Positions 52,501 to 64,000 of a DNA stretch of 64,000 bases are shown here, one piece after another. Source of the DNA: Mizuhopecten yessoensis (taxonomy: Eukaryota); assembly GCF_002113885.1 (NCBI RefSeq), contig NW_018408774.1:148164-212163 (forward strand). The letters run 5' to 3'. The position numbers and the translations under genes are program-made. The notes under the pieces are model-generated. The model was not told the DNA's origin. It was given only the letters and a program-made list of their open reading frames with translations, and made no database searches. The stretch's first letter is position 1; each line of letters starts with the position of its first letter.

Positions 52501-53272
52501 CACTTGGACTAACATTATAAACCTGTTCATGTTTAAATTGTTGTGATTTGTGTCTTGCTGTATTATTCAATATTCTTCAATATTTTTCTTATTTACCAAA
52601 AAGGTGCCCTTAAATCCTATTCAAATTTCTTAAGTAATGAAACTACTTGGTACCAATTATTGGGTTGTAAGGGAAATTATCTGATTATTAGTTATTTTCA
52701 GTGTTTGAATCATGTAGTGACGTATTCCTTGCCTTTCTTTTGAAACTCCTATAATTATATAACACGTCCATCCACAGGGATAATCCTGGAGTGGGGCCAT
52801 TGATCCCCCCTTCCCATCTTTCAATTTAATTCTAATTTTACATAGAATGGCCCCTCTTAATTTTGATATTGACCAACCAAAAAATTGCTGAAAATGACCC
52901 ATTGCTCTCAAATACCATGATATTCCTTCATCCATACGTTATCGCAACCCCTCTTTTCAAACAGAAGAAATTGGTGAATTACTGAACTACAGTGGGCGGG
53001 GCGTTTAACTTTTCGAACATTTACACAACGTACATCAGAATTTATTTCATCCTGTTTGAAAAGTGCATCTGTTTACTACCTAAAATCAATGCTAAGTTCC
53101 TGATCAATGTGAATATCAACGATAAACCGTAAGTTAACTTATCAGCCACATAACTGAATAAGTCAGTCTGTCAAAATATATTGTAAACAAACGGCCAAAT
53201 AACCTCGATGTCTTGTCCGATGGTTTCATGGTTTCCAGACTGCAAATCGGACAAGAAAAGTTGTCCTGCCAT
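28507..53272 (-). CDS. ESPL1: Separase (separin, peptidase family C50), ~2396 aa, 26 coding exons
   Basis: Exons (- strand): 53272-53204, 52390-52136, 51678-51413, 51039-50405, 50067-49942, 49362-49220, 48703-48516, 48061-47966, 46458-46327, 45928-45799, 45123-44824, 44306-44058, 43553-43295, 42214-42058, 41310-39188, 38374-38123, 37173-36948, 35763-35456, 34564-34440, 34124-34008, 33782-33612, 31867-31679, 31148-30928, 30289-30206, 29487-29323, 28711-28507. All are GT-AG and phase-compatible (7191 nt). Diagnostic motifs: EWWKVRRGLDDRM, LVLDK..QHLPWESIP, YCGHGSG (catalytic His), LMGCSSG (catalytic Cys), NLWDVTDRDIDRF, YLIGSAPVVYGFP. Confidence 0.96.
30500..30835 (-). mobile_element. Dispersed repeat (HINE-like), same family as 58880-59370
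   Basis: Reverse-complement matches at both ends (aagccattc...gatatgtcttg and ccttagtct...gctacttc). The 58880 copy has more ~160-bp internal units. Confidence 0.6.
32252..33617. repeat. 44-bp minisatellite, ~31 copies, containing the donor site of a separase exon
   Basis: Unit ccctaagggttggagttcaccggaggttataatgtttatacaca. On the - strand each unit has CTTAGG|GTGTGT, identical to the donor at 33612/33611. Confidence 0.95.
34751..34942. mobile_element. Near-perfect 192-bp palindrome (MITE-like foldback)
   Basis: ctattccgtctttgcgtattgcagagttatcttctcttgtgagca...tgctcacaagagaagataactctgcaatacgcaaagacggaatag, with arms of ~75 bp. Confidence 0.85.
36813..36948. repeat. 47-bp tandem repeat, 3 copies, starting at a separase donor site
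   Basis: The - strand reads AG|gtaagccaacactcaaggtggaac followed by units ttg gtgagccaacac...aaggtggaactttacatcagatcaaac. Confidence 0.85.
37595..37838. repeat. 41-bp tandem repeat, ~6 copies
   Basis: Unit gtaaagtaataccacagttaaacactaatattacttatatg. Confidence 0.9.
39188..41310 (-). CDS. ESPL1: Giant 2.1-kb separase exon encoding the central Lys/Ser/Thr-rich disordered region
   Basis: Covers the 719-aa ORF 39147-41306. Acceptor tttcag at 41311 and donor G|gtaggt at 39187, in phase with the flanking exons. Confidence 0.9.
41795..42103. repeat. Alternating 50/51-bp repeat, 6 copies of a separase exon end plus donor
   Basis: cttaccag occurs at 41801, 41851, 41902, 41952, 42003 and 42053. On the - strand the unit is gggagggctggcaactctctcac(c)acctctgtctaccctactg|gtaagtac. 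Confidence 0.95.
43700..44030. repeat. Degenerate ~31-bp tandem repeat
   Basis: aaacctttatatattgacacactctgtcacag and decayed variants. Confidence 0.7.
46919..47372 (-). mobile_element. SINE-like dispersed repeat, same family as 2377-3472, with a single 45-bp unit
   Basis: Shared sequence on both sides of the unit at ~47248-47293 and a (AAACC)n-type tail. Confidence 0.7.
49411..49700. repeat. ~155-bp direct duplication
   Basis: gcaaaatgtttctgccaata...gaagttgaaa.tatttcaaact is present twice. Confidence 0.75.
51722..51943 (-). mobile_element. tRNA-derived SINE-like element
   Basis: The - strand reads ggggctgcagtggccaagtggttgagg...cgggttcgaggcc...ggtggttttctcc, with a tail taggacgtaaaacacaaataaacaa resembling the 46919 family tail. 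Confidence 0.6.
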
Positions 53273-53618
53273 ATCCACACGGAATAGGCTCTTCGGGCAG
53301 CCACTGCACCGTTTCTAGTTCATAAATATTCGATGTTTGACAGTATCCATTTCAATGTTCCCGCTCAACGTGTTTAAAATGGCCGACGTTGACTGCGGAA
53401 CTGACCGGAAATACACTATGATTTAAATTATTTATTCATATTCTTCAACATATCAGAGATCCAAACATTAAAATGTTCAAAATAATAATATCCTTTAACT
53501 GATCGATATTTATATATTTATAATAAATAACTGTTCTAACTTGTTTGACGTTGTAGTTTCTGTTTATAACTTCCGGTCATAACATTGCAGTGCGTTTGGG
53601 TGGTCCACACATGAAATC
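53273..53618. promoter_or_regulatory. Putative bidirectional promoter between ESPL1 and CFAP410
   Basis: The two start codons diverge 346 bp apart. The interval has a YY1-type AAAATGGCCG (53376-53385) and two ETS-type sites, ACCGGAAA (53404-53411) and ACTTCCGGT (53569-53577), motifs typical of bidirectional promoters. Confidence 0.7.
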
Positions 53619-56600
53619 ATGGAATACCAGGAGGAAAAACTGACCGAAGCACTCGTTCTTGCCAGGACAAGAGCAATAGACCTTGAAAGCGTCACGAAAT
53701 TAAATTTCTGGTAAACCTTATTGAAATGAAATATCTAACGTTGTTTTGACTTGAAGTGAAACAAAACACTGGAGTTTGGAAAGCAAAAATTAAAATAATT
53801 TACTTAGACAATACTCAGATACCTCTATAGGATATTTATTGGATCTGTAAGAGTCATTATTGATTAAATTATGTGACCGTAAATTCTTCTGATCATCATC
53901 GATCGCGGCATATAACATTTGTCAATCAGCACCAATATTACTGCCATTCACAGGCGCCTGCATCTTCACTGTAAGGTGACAGTACCCAAATCCGATCAAC
54001 AAACCATCATTTTATTCATTCATTGAAAATTCTGAGAATGAACTATATTACTTTATGGTTGTATCAAAGGAAGTCTATCGATGGGTGTTTATACAAAAAA
54101 AAAATAGCACCCCAGGCTCAAGTGAATTATTTTTAGAACGCTCTGAAGTCGCCTATCAGCGGTTCCATTTTTTGCGAATGTCAGGACCCAAATAATCGGA
54201 ACAAGGCTTGAATTTTGCAGTATCTTACACTTCAAATGAACAACTTCACTGTAATGTTACACATGTAAACCAAACAAGAAATAGAGTAGTGTGCTACCAC
54301 CGACGATTGAACCAGTGATCCTCAGCCTCCTAGTCCACGGCTGTGCTAGTCGAGTGCAAGAATATATCCCTCGAGTGTAAAGCTGAAACAGTGACCATCA
54401 TGCATCCTATGCTACTCCAACAGTGTTAGAGGTTTTGACAGGTGCAGTGTAACCGGCAAAATCATATATTCGATAGAAAAGGGCCGACCAGTGGCCTCTT
54501 ATTTATAGGAGAAGTATCCTATGTACAATTAAAACCTCCGACAAATGAATAAAAAAGGGGTTAAATTATAGACATTGGAACCTGATGATTTCTGTACAAA
54601 AAAAATATTGTTGAAAATTATCGAAACAATTTTAATGAAGTGCAGTAATGAAATGTCTTATAGAAACATATATAACACCCATACTGAAATAACTGAATAC
54701 TGATGTGGTAGATTTTAATTGTACATAGAATTACAGTCACTTTCTAGCTTATTGCTAGAGGGACTTTCCACACTCCACGGTGGAAGCACATACATTGCTC
54801 TTTTTCCAAATGGTGACCATGGTCTTTGTTGTGTGTGAGGGTGAACACATTTAAAAAGGGGAAGTAATGCAGCTGATTTTATAAAATTATGGTTGCCTTA
54901 TTAAGAAGTCTACAGTTACAGGTTTGATATCCCCTGTTGGGTTAGATATCCCCTGTTGGGTTTGGTATCCCCTGTTGGGTTAGATATCCCCTGTTGGGTT
55001 TGGTATCTCCTGTTGGGTTTGATATCCCCTGTTGGGTTAGATATCCCCTGTTTTAAAAGCGCTACTCTCTTTCCTGTTACACTGAGGCGTCAGTATCCCA
55101 TCCCAGTATCCCACCACCCAACGAGACTGAAGAAATAAACCAATCCAAAATGACTGCTGGAAGCTGAAACTTTTGTTCGATTTGAGAGAACTGTTCATTA
55201 TTTGTGTAACAGGAGAGGAAAAATGCACGGCCAGACCATGGTTAAGTTTAATACCTTGATTAAAATCCTTTAATAAATATAAATGAGTACAAACCTAACA
55301 TCTCAAAGATTAAAGCATAATGTCTGTCAATAAAAACACAAAGCAAATTGTTAAAAGTACTGTATCTCCCTATTTGTTAATTTTATTTGTATTGAGTAAA
55401 CATTAGTGTAGTAGTGTCAATCAAAATATCCACATATATCCACACATATCCACACACATGTCCACATATATCCACACATATCCACACATATCCACATATA
55501 TTCACAAATATCCACATATATCCACACATATCTACATATATCCACACATATCCACATATATCCACATATATCCAAACACACATACCCACACACACATATC
55601 TACACATATCCACATATATTCACATATATCTACATATATCCACATATATCCACACACATATCTACACATATTCACATATATCCATACATATCCACATATA
55701 TCCACACACACATATCCACATATATCCACACACACATATCCACACATATCAACTAAGAGGTATATCCTAATACTTTGACTGGTATATTCTCTTTTTGTTA
55801 TGCTTCAAGTAGTTCCCCATCCAAATACCATTCTTATGTTAATTTTTTGAAGATTGTTTCATAAATGTTCATGATATATGTTGATAGAATACAGTATTCT
55901 TATTGTAATAACACACATACGGAAATGAACCCTAACATATCTATTGCACTTCAGTAAAAATTCCAACTGATGCTATTTTGTGGTGCTGTAATTAATAACT
56001 TTGGGTCGAACATGGGTGTTGGCCAGTGTGCTTATTGAAGGATAAGTTTGGTATAAGGAGGCACAGTAGTCTAGTGGTAGGACGCCGGGCTCGCGACCGA
56101 AGGGTTGCGGGATCGAGGCACGGCACTGTGTTGTATCTTTGAGCAAGTTACTTAACTCAGCTTGTTCCAGTCTACTCAGCTGTAAATGAGTACATGGTTG
56201 GGCAGTGCTAGAATTGTAGAACACTAGCTGTGAGTGCCGAAATGGCAGCACCGGCTGTATGCTCCTCATGGAGTTTAGAAAGATATTGGCTGGTTGCAAA
56301 GGCCCTATAACCATGGATAATAATTTGTGAACCGCTTTCAGACGACCTACAAACTAGGTTATGATTAAGCGGTAAATAAGAACCTCAAATTATTATTATT
56401 ATTATTACATTCTAGTATGACATATCACTATACAGTTTATGTAAATGGAAGAAACATTATATATTGCATGAAACATGAAAATATGAGGTTATCTTTTATG
56501 AAATTTTCTTTATTTTATGTACAGGGGTTCCGATATTGACAATGTCAGTGTGGTACGCAAAATGCCTAACCTAGAAGTATGTAGCCTGAGGTAATTATAC

Positions 56601-59600
56601 ATTTATATATTAACCTGTCAAAGATCACGTGATAACTATGGAGCATCATGATTTATGTACAGTTTATGATTATAAAATCTGTATGAAAATTGTATTTATT
56701 ATTTTCTTAAGATGTTTAATGTTAGTATAATTGACCAATTCATAAGTCTCTATTGGCAGAAACATTACAATGTATAATGAGATTGTTATTGAAATGAGGT
56801 AGATTTCCTTAGAGTGTTAAATATTGGTTGGTTGGTCAACATGCAGACTGCTTGTACATGATTTGTGTGTTGACATGTACACTAGCTGGTAAATCTACCT
56901 TTGTTTTTATCTAACTAAATGATAAGGATGTTATATACTTGACTTACAAATCAAAGCCATCTTTTTAAATCATATTTGATTTTAAAACAGTCATCTTTGT
57001 CTGATATGCACAAATCAATGAATTGTTAATATCGTTTACAGTGTCAATAGCATTAAGACGTTGGAGGACTTTTCCTACTGTCCAAATTTACAAGAACTTT
57101 ATATTAGAAAAAATAAGATTGAAGACCTATCAGAAATCAATCATCTTGCCACGTTGCCACGGTTACGGAATCTATGGCTTGCTGACAACCCATGTGCGGA
57201 GACAGAAAACTATAGATCAAATGTTCTCAAGACACTGCCAACCCTACAGAAATTAGACAATATTGGTAAGTCTGTCTCTCCGTCGATCATGGTGTGCAGA
57301 TCGGTGATACTTATTGATATATTATCATTAAATATTGTATTTAGCAAATCTTGAAATTGTGTTTCCCTGTTAATAATGTATGAATACTCTTGTCTTGTTA
57401 AAACAACTGAATCACATTTTGGCCCAAATCGTGTAACTTCACTGTACATCTAGTATACACTGTTCATGGCCATTTCCAAGTTTGTCTATATATGCTTGAC
57501 TGGGCATGTTATTGTATGGATTTGAATTGTCTTTCCATATGCTGTAAAGTACTTTAATTTCACTGTGTCAGATTTTTGCGTTTTCGTACCTGGAACTTAT
57601 TCGCTGGGTCTTAAATTCACATTACTAGCTAGGTGAGCATTTCAAGCCTCTTGGATGCGTTAACATTGTGGTTTAATGATGTCAGAAGCATTCAAAGTGG
57701 GATGAAGTTACATACATTGACCTTTTGGAGTCATTATTTAATTCATGAAATCATTAATCACCAATTTTATGATGTATCAGGGTCAGTCATTGCCATCATT
57801 AACAGTTGTTATTAGTATATATATTATATATTGCCTTACTCCTTTCAGTCGTAACAGAAAGTGAAAGATCTGAATTTGCTGATACTGAACTGCTTGAGAA
57901 CAACACTGAGGACCCGGACCCTGAGACGACAGGTGCAGGGATCGCTGGTATAGAGGATTCAAGTTCAGACCTCACAGAAATAAAGGATGACAGAGAACCA
58001 GAAACCTCGTTCGTTGATAAGGATCCAGAACTGGCCGGAAACTCGAGACACATGAACTTAAATGGTGATAGAGAGGCAGAGAAATCTCCTGATGAATCTG
58101 AAACAGAGGTCAAGGCTGAAACAGAGGTCAAGGATGAAACAGAGGTCAAGACTGAAACAGAGGAGAAGTCTGAGGTGAAGGACAATGACCCAAAGCCACA
58201 TAAAAGTGCTGCACTGGATCCTGTAACACTGACATGGGAGGAAACAAAGTGAGTCAGACTAGTTTCAGTGGTACTGTATAGGTAGTCCACATGTATTTGG
58301 GTTTTTGTCTCACTGTAGTCCACATGTATTTGGGGTTTTGTCTCACTGTAGTCCACATGTATTTGGGTTTTTGGCTCACTGTAGTCCACATGTATTTGGG
58401 GTTTTGTCTCACTGTAGTCCACATGTATTTGGGTTTTCGTCTCGCTGTAGTCCACATGTATTTGGGTTTTTGTCTCACTGAAGTCCACATGTATTTGGGT
58501 TTTTGTCTCACTGTAGTCAACATGTATTTGGGTTTTTGTCTCACTGAAGTCCACATGTATTTGGGTTTTTGTCTCACTGTAGTCAACATGTATTTGGGTT
58601 TTTGTCTCACTGAAGTCCACATGTATTTGGGTTTTTGTCTCACTGTAGTCAACATGTATTTGGGTTTTTGTCTCACTGAAGTCCACATGTATTTGGGTTT
58701 TTGTCTCACTGTAGACGACATGTATTTGGGATTTTGTCTCACTGTAGTCCACATGTATTTGGGTTTTTGTCTCACTGAAGTCCACATGTATTTGGGTTTT
58801 TGTCTCACTGTAGTCGACATGTATTTGGGTTTTTGTCTCGCTGTAGTCCACATGTATTTGGGTTTTTGTCTCACTGAGATGAAGTAGCGGAAGCAAGACT
58901 AAAGTGTTTTTTTCCGGCAGTGTCAACATTAAGTTTTTGCGTTTAAGTTAGGTTTACTGAAAGTATAAGTACTGGACCAACCAAAGGTGGACCATAGATC
59001 TATGCATCTTGGGTAGTTCATACCAACCCATGCATCAAATGCGGGATGCGGCCTACCTTTCATGGTCCTTTGACTTTGTCAGCATCTCCATCAACATTAA
59101 GATTTTGTGTTAAAAAACTGTAAGTGCTAGACCAACCAAACTTGGACCAGAGATGCATCTTAGGTAGTACATACCAACCCATGCATCAAATGCTTGATAC
59201 GGCCTAGCTACCTTTCATGGTCCATTGACTTTGTCAGCATCTCCATCAACATTAAGTTTTTGCATTTAAGTTAGTTTCTCTGAAACTATAACTGCTAGAC
59301 CAAACTTGACATGTGCATTGATGGTCAAAGCAGGCCACAGGCAAGACATATCATTCTGAATGGCTTGTTTTACGTTTCAATGACACTCAACAGGGAATCT
59401 AATTTTTGGATCCTTTTATGGCTTCTCAAGAAATTCACTTATTAATGAAAGTGCTCCATGAGACTATGCAAATATAGAGTAAGGTATGAATGATTACTGG
59501 AAACCATTTGTTGTTGATGCTACTTTTATTTATAAATGTGTCAGATTTCAACAGGAATTGGTTTGCTACTGAAGTCATGAACATGAGTCAAACTATGTTT

Positions 59601-60769
59601 CCAGCCAATTTTCAAAATTTATATTTTCATTGAAGGCCATAAAGGAGGGTTTTCAATTACAAAAATATTTTAGCCAATCGGGGCAATAACTATTTTAAAT
59701 CATTTTAGCGCAGTAAACTCAAATAAAAGTAAGGATAAAAAGATCTAAATTTTCTAATTTTGTGTCACTATGCCATATGGGGGGCTGAGTGAGACTATAT
59801 GGCTCAAAGGGCTTCTGCCGTCATACAAAGTAGATCACACTCATGTGTTTTAGCGGCCCGTAGATAGTTATGTAGGATATGAATAAAGTGCAAGTAGTTT
59901 CAAAAGAATTAAATATTACAATAGCTTTTGATGGATTAGAAGATACAAATGTACAAAATAGTTTTTTTTTAAATGTTTGTGTTACACTCAATTTTTATAT
60001 AATTTCAGTAAAATTCGACAAGAGGTTGGATTAAAGCCGTTACCTTACGAGAAGATTACATCTACTAGGCCTGTTCCTGGTAGTGCAATGACGTCACGGG
60101 TAAGATACCATTTCTTCAGAGTTTATTTAATACATGAACATTATATGTTCTATGTAAGGGTGGTTGGATGGTGCAGTGGATAGCGCGCTTCCCTTTCACC
60201 AAGGCGACCAGGGTTTGATTACCCGATTAAATGTGAAAAGATATGGGGTCACTGCCTGACTGTGTGGGTTTTCTCTGGGTACTCCAGTTAAGAACAGACA
60301 CACACCCCTTACCTTACCTAGGCATGATATAGCTAACATGGGATTACATTACCTATCAGGGGCCAAGTTAAAAAAGTATCAACAACTTACCACAAAATTT
60401 AAAATGAGTATATTTTCAAATGTATCGAAATTCAAAGCTCAAGTTCTATGTGTAAAGTTTTCTAATGATTTTCTAATGAGAAGAAGCACAAAATATTTGT
60501 AAATTCTTAGATATTTCACAAAAACATTATTTTAAAATTTTGCATTAATTCTGATTATTTAAATATTCAACAAAGCATACATAGTGTATTAAACTCAACA
60601 AATGTGTACAAGTTTGTCTTTTGTGGGTTATATTTGACTATAGCATATTGATGTGTTCCAGAATGCCCATGTACTACAGGCAGTGTTGATACTGATACGA
60701 GAGTTAGACGATGACAGTCTGGAGACGATACAATACGCCATACAGAGGAAGCTCAACCCACCTTCTTGA
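53619..60769 (+). CDS. CFAP410: Cilia- and flagella-associated protein 410 (C21orf2/LRRC76), LRR protein, ~326 aa, 6 exons
   Basis: Exons 53619-53710, 56525-56590, 57042-57265, 57849-58248, 60009-60099, 60662-60769 (981 nt). The N-terminus [85 protein letters not shown] and the C-terminus [21 protein letters not shown] match the C21orf2 LRR/LRRcap and C-terminal helical domain. Confidence 0.93.
54921..55052. repeat. 19-bp tandem repeat, ~7 copies
   Basis: Unit gggtt(a/t)gatatcccctgtt. Confidence 0.9.
55205..55237 (-). mobile_element. Fragment of the same TRIM LTR 3' end
   Basis: tgtaacaggagaggaaaaatgcacggccagacc is identical to 4506-4538. Confidence 0.7.
55426..55750. repeat. (ATCCACATAT)n-type 10-bp simple repeat
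   Basis: Directly visible in the sequence. Confidence 0.95.
56057..56406 (+). mobile_element. tRNA-headed CORE-SINE-like element
   Basis: tRNA-like head, central ctttgagcaagttacttaactc...ctcagctgtaaatgag resembling the MIR/CORE domain, and (ATT)n tail. A second copy lies at 3576-3863. Confidence 0.8.
58282..58877. repeat. 33-bp minisatellite, ~18 copies
   Basis: Unit gtagtccacatgtatttgggtttttgtctcact. It explains the 376/206/198-aa repetitive ORFs. Confidence 0.95.
58880..59370 (+). mobile_element. Dispersed repeat with ~160-bp internal tandem units (HINE-like)
   Basis: Internal repeats caacattaag...catgcatcaaatgc...gactttgtcagcatctccat. The related copy is at 30500-30835. Confidence 0.6.
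60160..60290 (+). mobile_element. Degenerate SINE-like fragment
   Basis: tggtgcagtggatagcgc...agggtttgattacc head followed by gtgggttttctctgggtactccagtt. A similar core occurs at ~22615-22693. Confidence 0.45.
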
Positions 60770-60923
60770 TCACCATCGCAGCAACTTCCCTAACTACACA
60801 CAACAGCACCAACAGTCTGGAGATGATACAGTACGCCATACAGAGGAAGCTCAACCCACCTTCTTGATCACCATCGCAGCAACTTCCATAACTTCACACA
60901 ATGGCACCAACAGTCTGGAGACG
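60714..60923. repeat. 98-bp tandem duplication (2.1 copies) spanning the CFAP410 stop codon
   Basis: acagtctggaga occurs at 60714, 60812 and 60910, with a TGA copy at 60767 and 60865. Confidence 0.9.
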
Positions 60924-62344
60924 GCCGAGTACGCTAAAAATTCATAGTCAACTAATGTGCTTCAGACTTAATGCAAAAAAGAGACAGATTCTTATTTCAT
61001 CTGTTTACGTAAGATTAAACACAGTTCATATTCAAGATAACTGATCTTTTAAGTTTGGGAAATGTTACGTTTATTTAATGTTGTTATTATTGTTCGCTCC
61101 AGAAACAACAGTAATAGAGACCTGTGTGTCACTACCTTTCATTCCTATCAGTGGTAGAAAACTTAGACAAGATTGAGGGTTAGGTGGTCAACACCTTCCT
61201 TGAAGTGTAAATATTATTTTTGAGAAGACTTCAGTGTGTTTTACTGAAATGATTTCCAGGCAGGGTGAATTTGTCGACTGTTGTTTACTGTTATATCACC
61301 ACCCTGGTACACTTTCCTTGTCGGGCGTTTCAAATCAAGGTCACCCTGTACTAGAAGTTATTAAACCTCATGTTAAAATATTCAAAATGCACGAAGTTCC
61401 TGTTTTATTTTGTATATAAAGATGATATTTATCAGGACATTTTATTGAGGTGCATAAATTAATTAGATATAATTATTGTTGTATATGTCTACTACGATTT
61501 TGTGTATGTGGGTTACAAGAGATTTATTACTTTTGTGGAGACAGATAACGCCTCCAACAGTGTGAATTACTTCCCTTTGAACAGGTATGATAATATATTA
61601 GGTCGCTTTTGCATATCCAGGTTGAAAAGATTCAGGTTGTGCAGAAACATTCTGTAATAAACAAACGTGCTGGGATAGGAACTGTGCCAAACTTATAGGC
61701 AGAGGTACACATACCGGGTACATGGTTTTGGAGTTTTGTGACAAATAAATGACAGTTTATGAAGAATAATTTGTCCTTCTTCCATGCATCCACCAAATTT
61801 GGTACGATATTCTAAAATATACATGTAAAGCAACCCTATTGTATGCAGAAAGTAATGTAAACTAGCTGTAGTCAGTATTTCAGTTTTGGTCAGACACCTC
61901 TTGACCCCTTGTTACGTACATACTGAATATTCCAAAAGTTGGCCTTAGTTTAGATCTGAGTCTGCCAATTTCTCTTCAGATTCAGCTGATTTAAAAGGTT
62001 GAACTGGAAACGCAAAAGGAAACTATTTTTAGAGGATTTATCACTTAATATTTTCTGTGGCTGATATTCATTTCATCCTGATCCTCAAGCATCATTTATT
62101 CAAATCAGCCCTCTACCGTCACTTTTCAAACACAAATTAGACCATCTCGTATCTTTTAAAAGCAATCTCTTTCCATGTTTCACTCCTCGCCTGACATTTT
62201 ATCTTCAAATTGTTGAAGTTGGTCAGTACAATTTAGAAGTAGAAGTAGAAACGCTCTGTATTATCAACACCATACAGCATTACATGTATTGACTGAATTT
62301 AGATCTGTTCTTGAGTAATTGTCAACACATAGAATATTTCTCAC

Positions 62345-62493
62345 ATTATCTTATGGTTTATTGAGGACTTTTCTTTATACTTTAAGATAAAGTTTCTGGT
62401 TTATTGAGGACTTTACTTTATACTTTAAGAGAAAGTTTCTGGTTCATTGAGGACTTTTCTTTATACTTTAAGATAAAGTTTCTGGTTCATTGA
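62345..62493. repeat. ~46-bp tandem repeat, 3 copies
   Basis: ggtttattgaggacttttctttatactttaagataaagtttct. Confidence 0.85.
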
Positions 62494-63477
62494 GTTCAGA
62501 AAGTTTTCTAAGTCAATACGAGATACCTGGTACAAAGGGAGATAACTCATGCAGTTTGACGTTATCTATGCCACAGAGAGGGAGTAATGAATTAAGGAAG
62601 TTAATATTTGTGATTTTTTTCCCTGTGATTTTGTATATAATTTTATGTATATGGTTTACAGAAGATTTATAACTTAATATATTGACCATAAGTTATTGTC
62701 TCCTGTGGTTTAGTATCCATAACCCTCACTATATTGCCGTTCGAATGGTAACCAGTTCTGAGGGATATATTTCATACTTATTTTCTCCTGCCAAGAGTAG
62801 AGAGATTATCGATTGTTGACACTCATGCAGATTTCAATTAAAATGTGGATAAAAAATAAGCTCAATGTTTAAAACATTCTGTGCACCATTTTGTGAGAGG
62901 GAAATTCAAGAGTGAGTTATATAAAGTTTTCAACATTCTTCCATTCAAAATGATTAATTGTGCAAATTTTCCATCTAGCTCAATGACATTTTTTTGTCAG
63001 AAAGTAAGTAGTATGGCTTGAAGTTTGGTTTGGTTTTGAAGTTAGCAGCATTTTCCTTAACAGACAATAAGTAACAGTTAGTTGGGACTTCAGTCACATG
63101 TTACTGCATGACTCTGTTAGCAGGGAATTTCCATTTACCTCAATTAGCAGAGCACTGGATTACCGGTAGTAATTGGTAGTCTCCTGTTATACTCCTATTA
63201 GTGAGAAGTGAGTTAGTGTTTTTTGATGTTTTCAAAAACCATTCTTGCCAAATGTAATACAAATTGACTGCCTTAGTAAAATACTTTAGTAACGTTAAAT
63301 GTTCTGGAATGTAATTGATCAGCTGTTATTTACAGTACTGTTGTTATTGTACAATAGATAATAGACTGCTACCAATTCATTTACTGATCACGAAACCTTT
63401 CTTATTCTTGAAAAGACCTATTTTCAACAAACTTGTGAATAAAATACACAACATTTGTGTATTGTAAAGTTTAAAAA

Positions 63478-63780
63478 CCATTTTATTCACTGTAACTTGT
63501 AAAGACCATTTGTTCACTGTAACTTGTAAAGACTTTTTATGTACTGTAACATGTAGACTATTTTTTTCACTGTAACTTGTAGACTATTTGTTCACTGTAA
63601 CTTGTAGACTATTTGTTCACTGTAACTTGTAAAGAGATAATTTGTTCACTGTAACTTGTAAAGACTTTTTTATGTACTGTAACATGTAGACTATTTTTTT
63701 CACTGTAACTTGTAGACTATTTGTTCACTGTAACTTGTAAAGACCATTTGTTCACTGTAACTTGTAAAGAATGTGTTCAC
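63478..63780. repeat. ~25-28-bp degenerate tandem repeat
   Basis: ttgttcactgtaacttgta(aa)gac. Confidence 0.85.
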
Positions 63781-64000
63781 CTAGTTATTTTGGCACTCTC
63801 ATATTTGTGCATTTTAATTTTTAACAGATAAGTGCATTGATGAATTATGATTTAACACAATATTTAAAGCATGCAAAGTGCTGAAATACAATTGCTGCTG
63901 AGTTAAGTACAGGGTCAGTAACGTAGATGACTTCATGCTTTTAGTGCACATTTGAACAGGAATCATATTTTTGGTAGGAAACACTTCCTACACTTCCACA

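Noticed and set aside
55383-55778. His/Ile/Tyr-rich ORFs
   Set aside because: 10-bp simple repeat.
57799-58929. 376-aa - strand ORF ([11 protein letters not shown] repeats)
   Set aside because: 33-bp minisatellite plus the antisense of CFAP410 exon 4.

Overview
Eukaryotic, AT-rich, intron- and minisatellite-rich animal DNA. The repeat repertoire suggests a mollusc, probably a bivalve, but that is inference only. By chaining GT-AG exons by hand in compatible phases I reconstruct three protein-coding genes. (1) A + strand gene (1334-21206, ~603 aa model) encodes a long low-complexity Tyr/Pro-rich region with a RHIM-like IHIG motif and a C-terminal degenerate SH2 domain lacking the phosphotyrosine-binding Arg. 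(2) Separase/ESPL1 lies on the - strand (53272-28507, 26 coding exons, ~2396 aa, intact His/Cys catalytic dyad). (3) CFAP410/C21orf2 lies on the + strand (53619-60769, 6 exons, ~326 aa), head-to-head with separase across 346 bp. Introns carry many tandem arrays, SINEs, MITE-like foldbacks and a tRNA-containing miniature LTR element (TRIM). The most notable observations are the cRHIM-like plus pseudo-SH2 adaptor, tandem arrays built from the genes' own splice sites and stop codons, the tRNA-in-LTR TRIM, and a minisatellite amplified from a single unit inside a SINE-like element. Nearly all long ORFs in the supplied track over tandem arrays are artefacts. All exon models are hand-derived and need RNA-seq confirmation.
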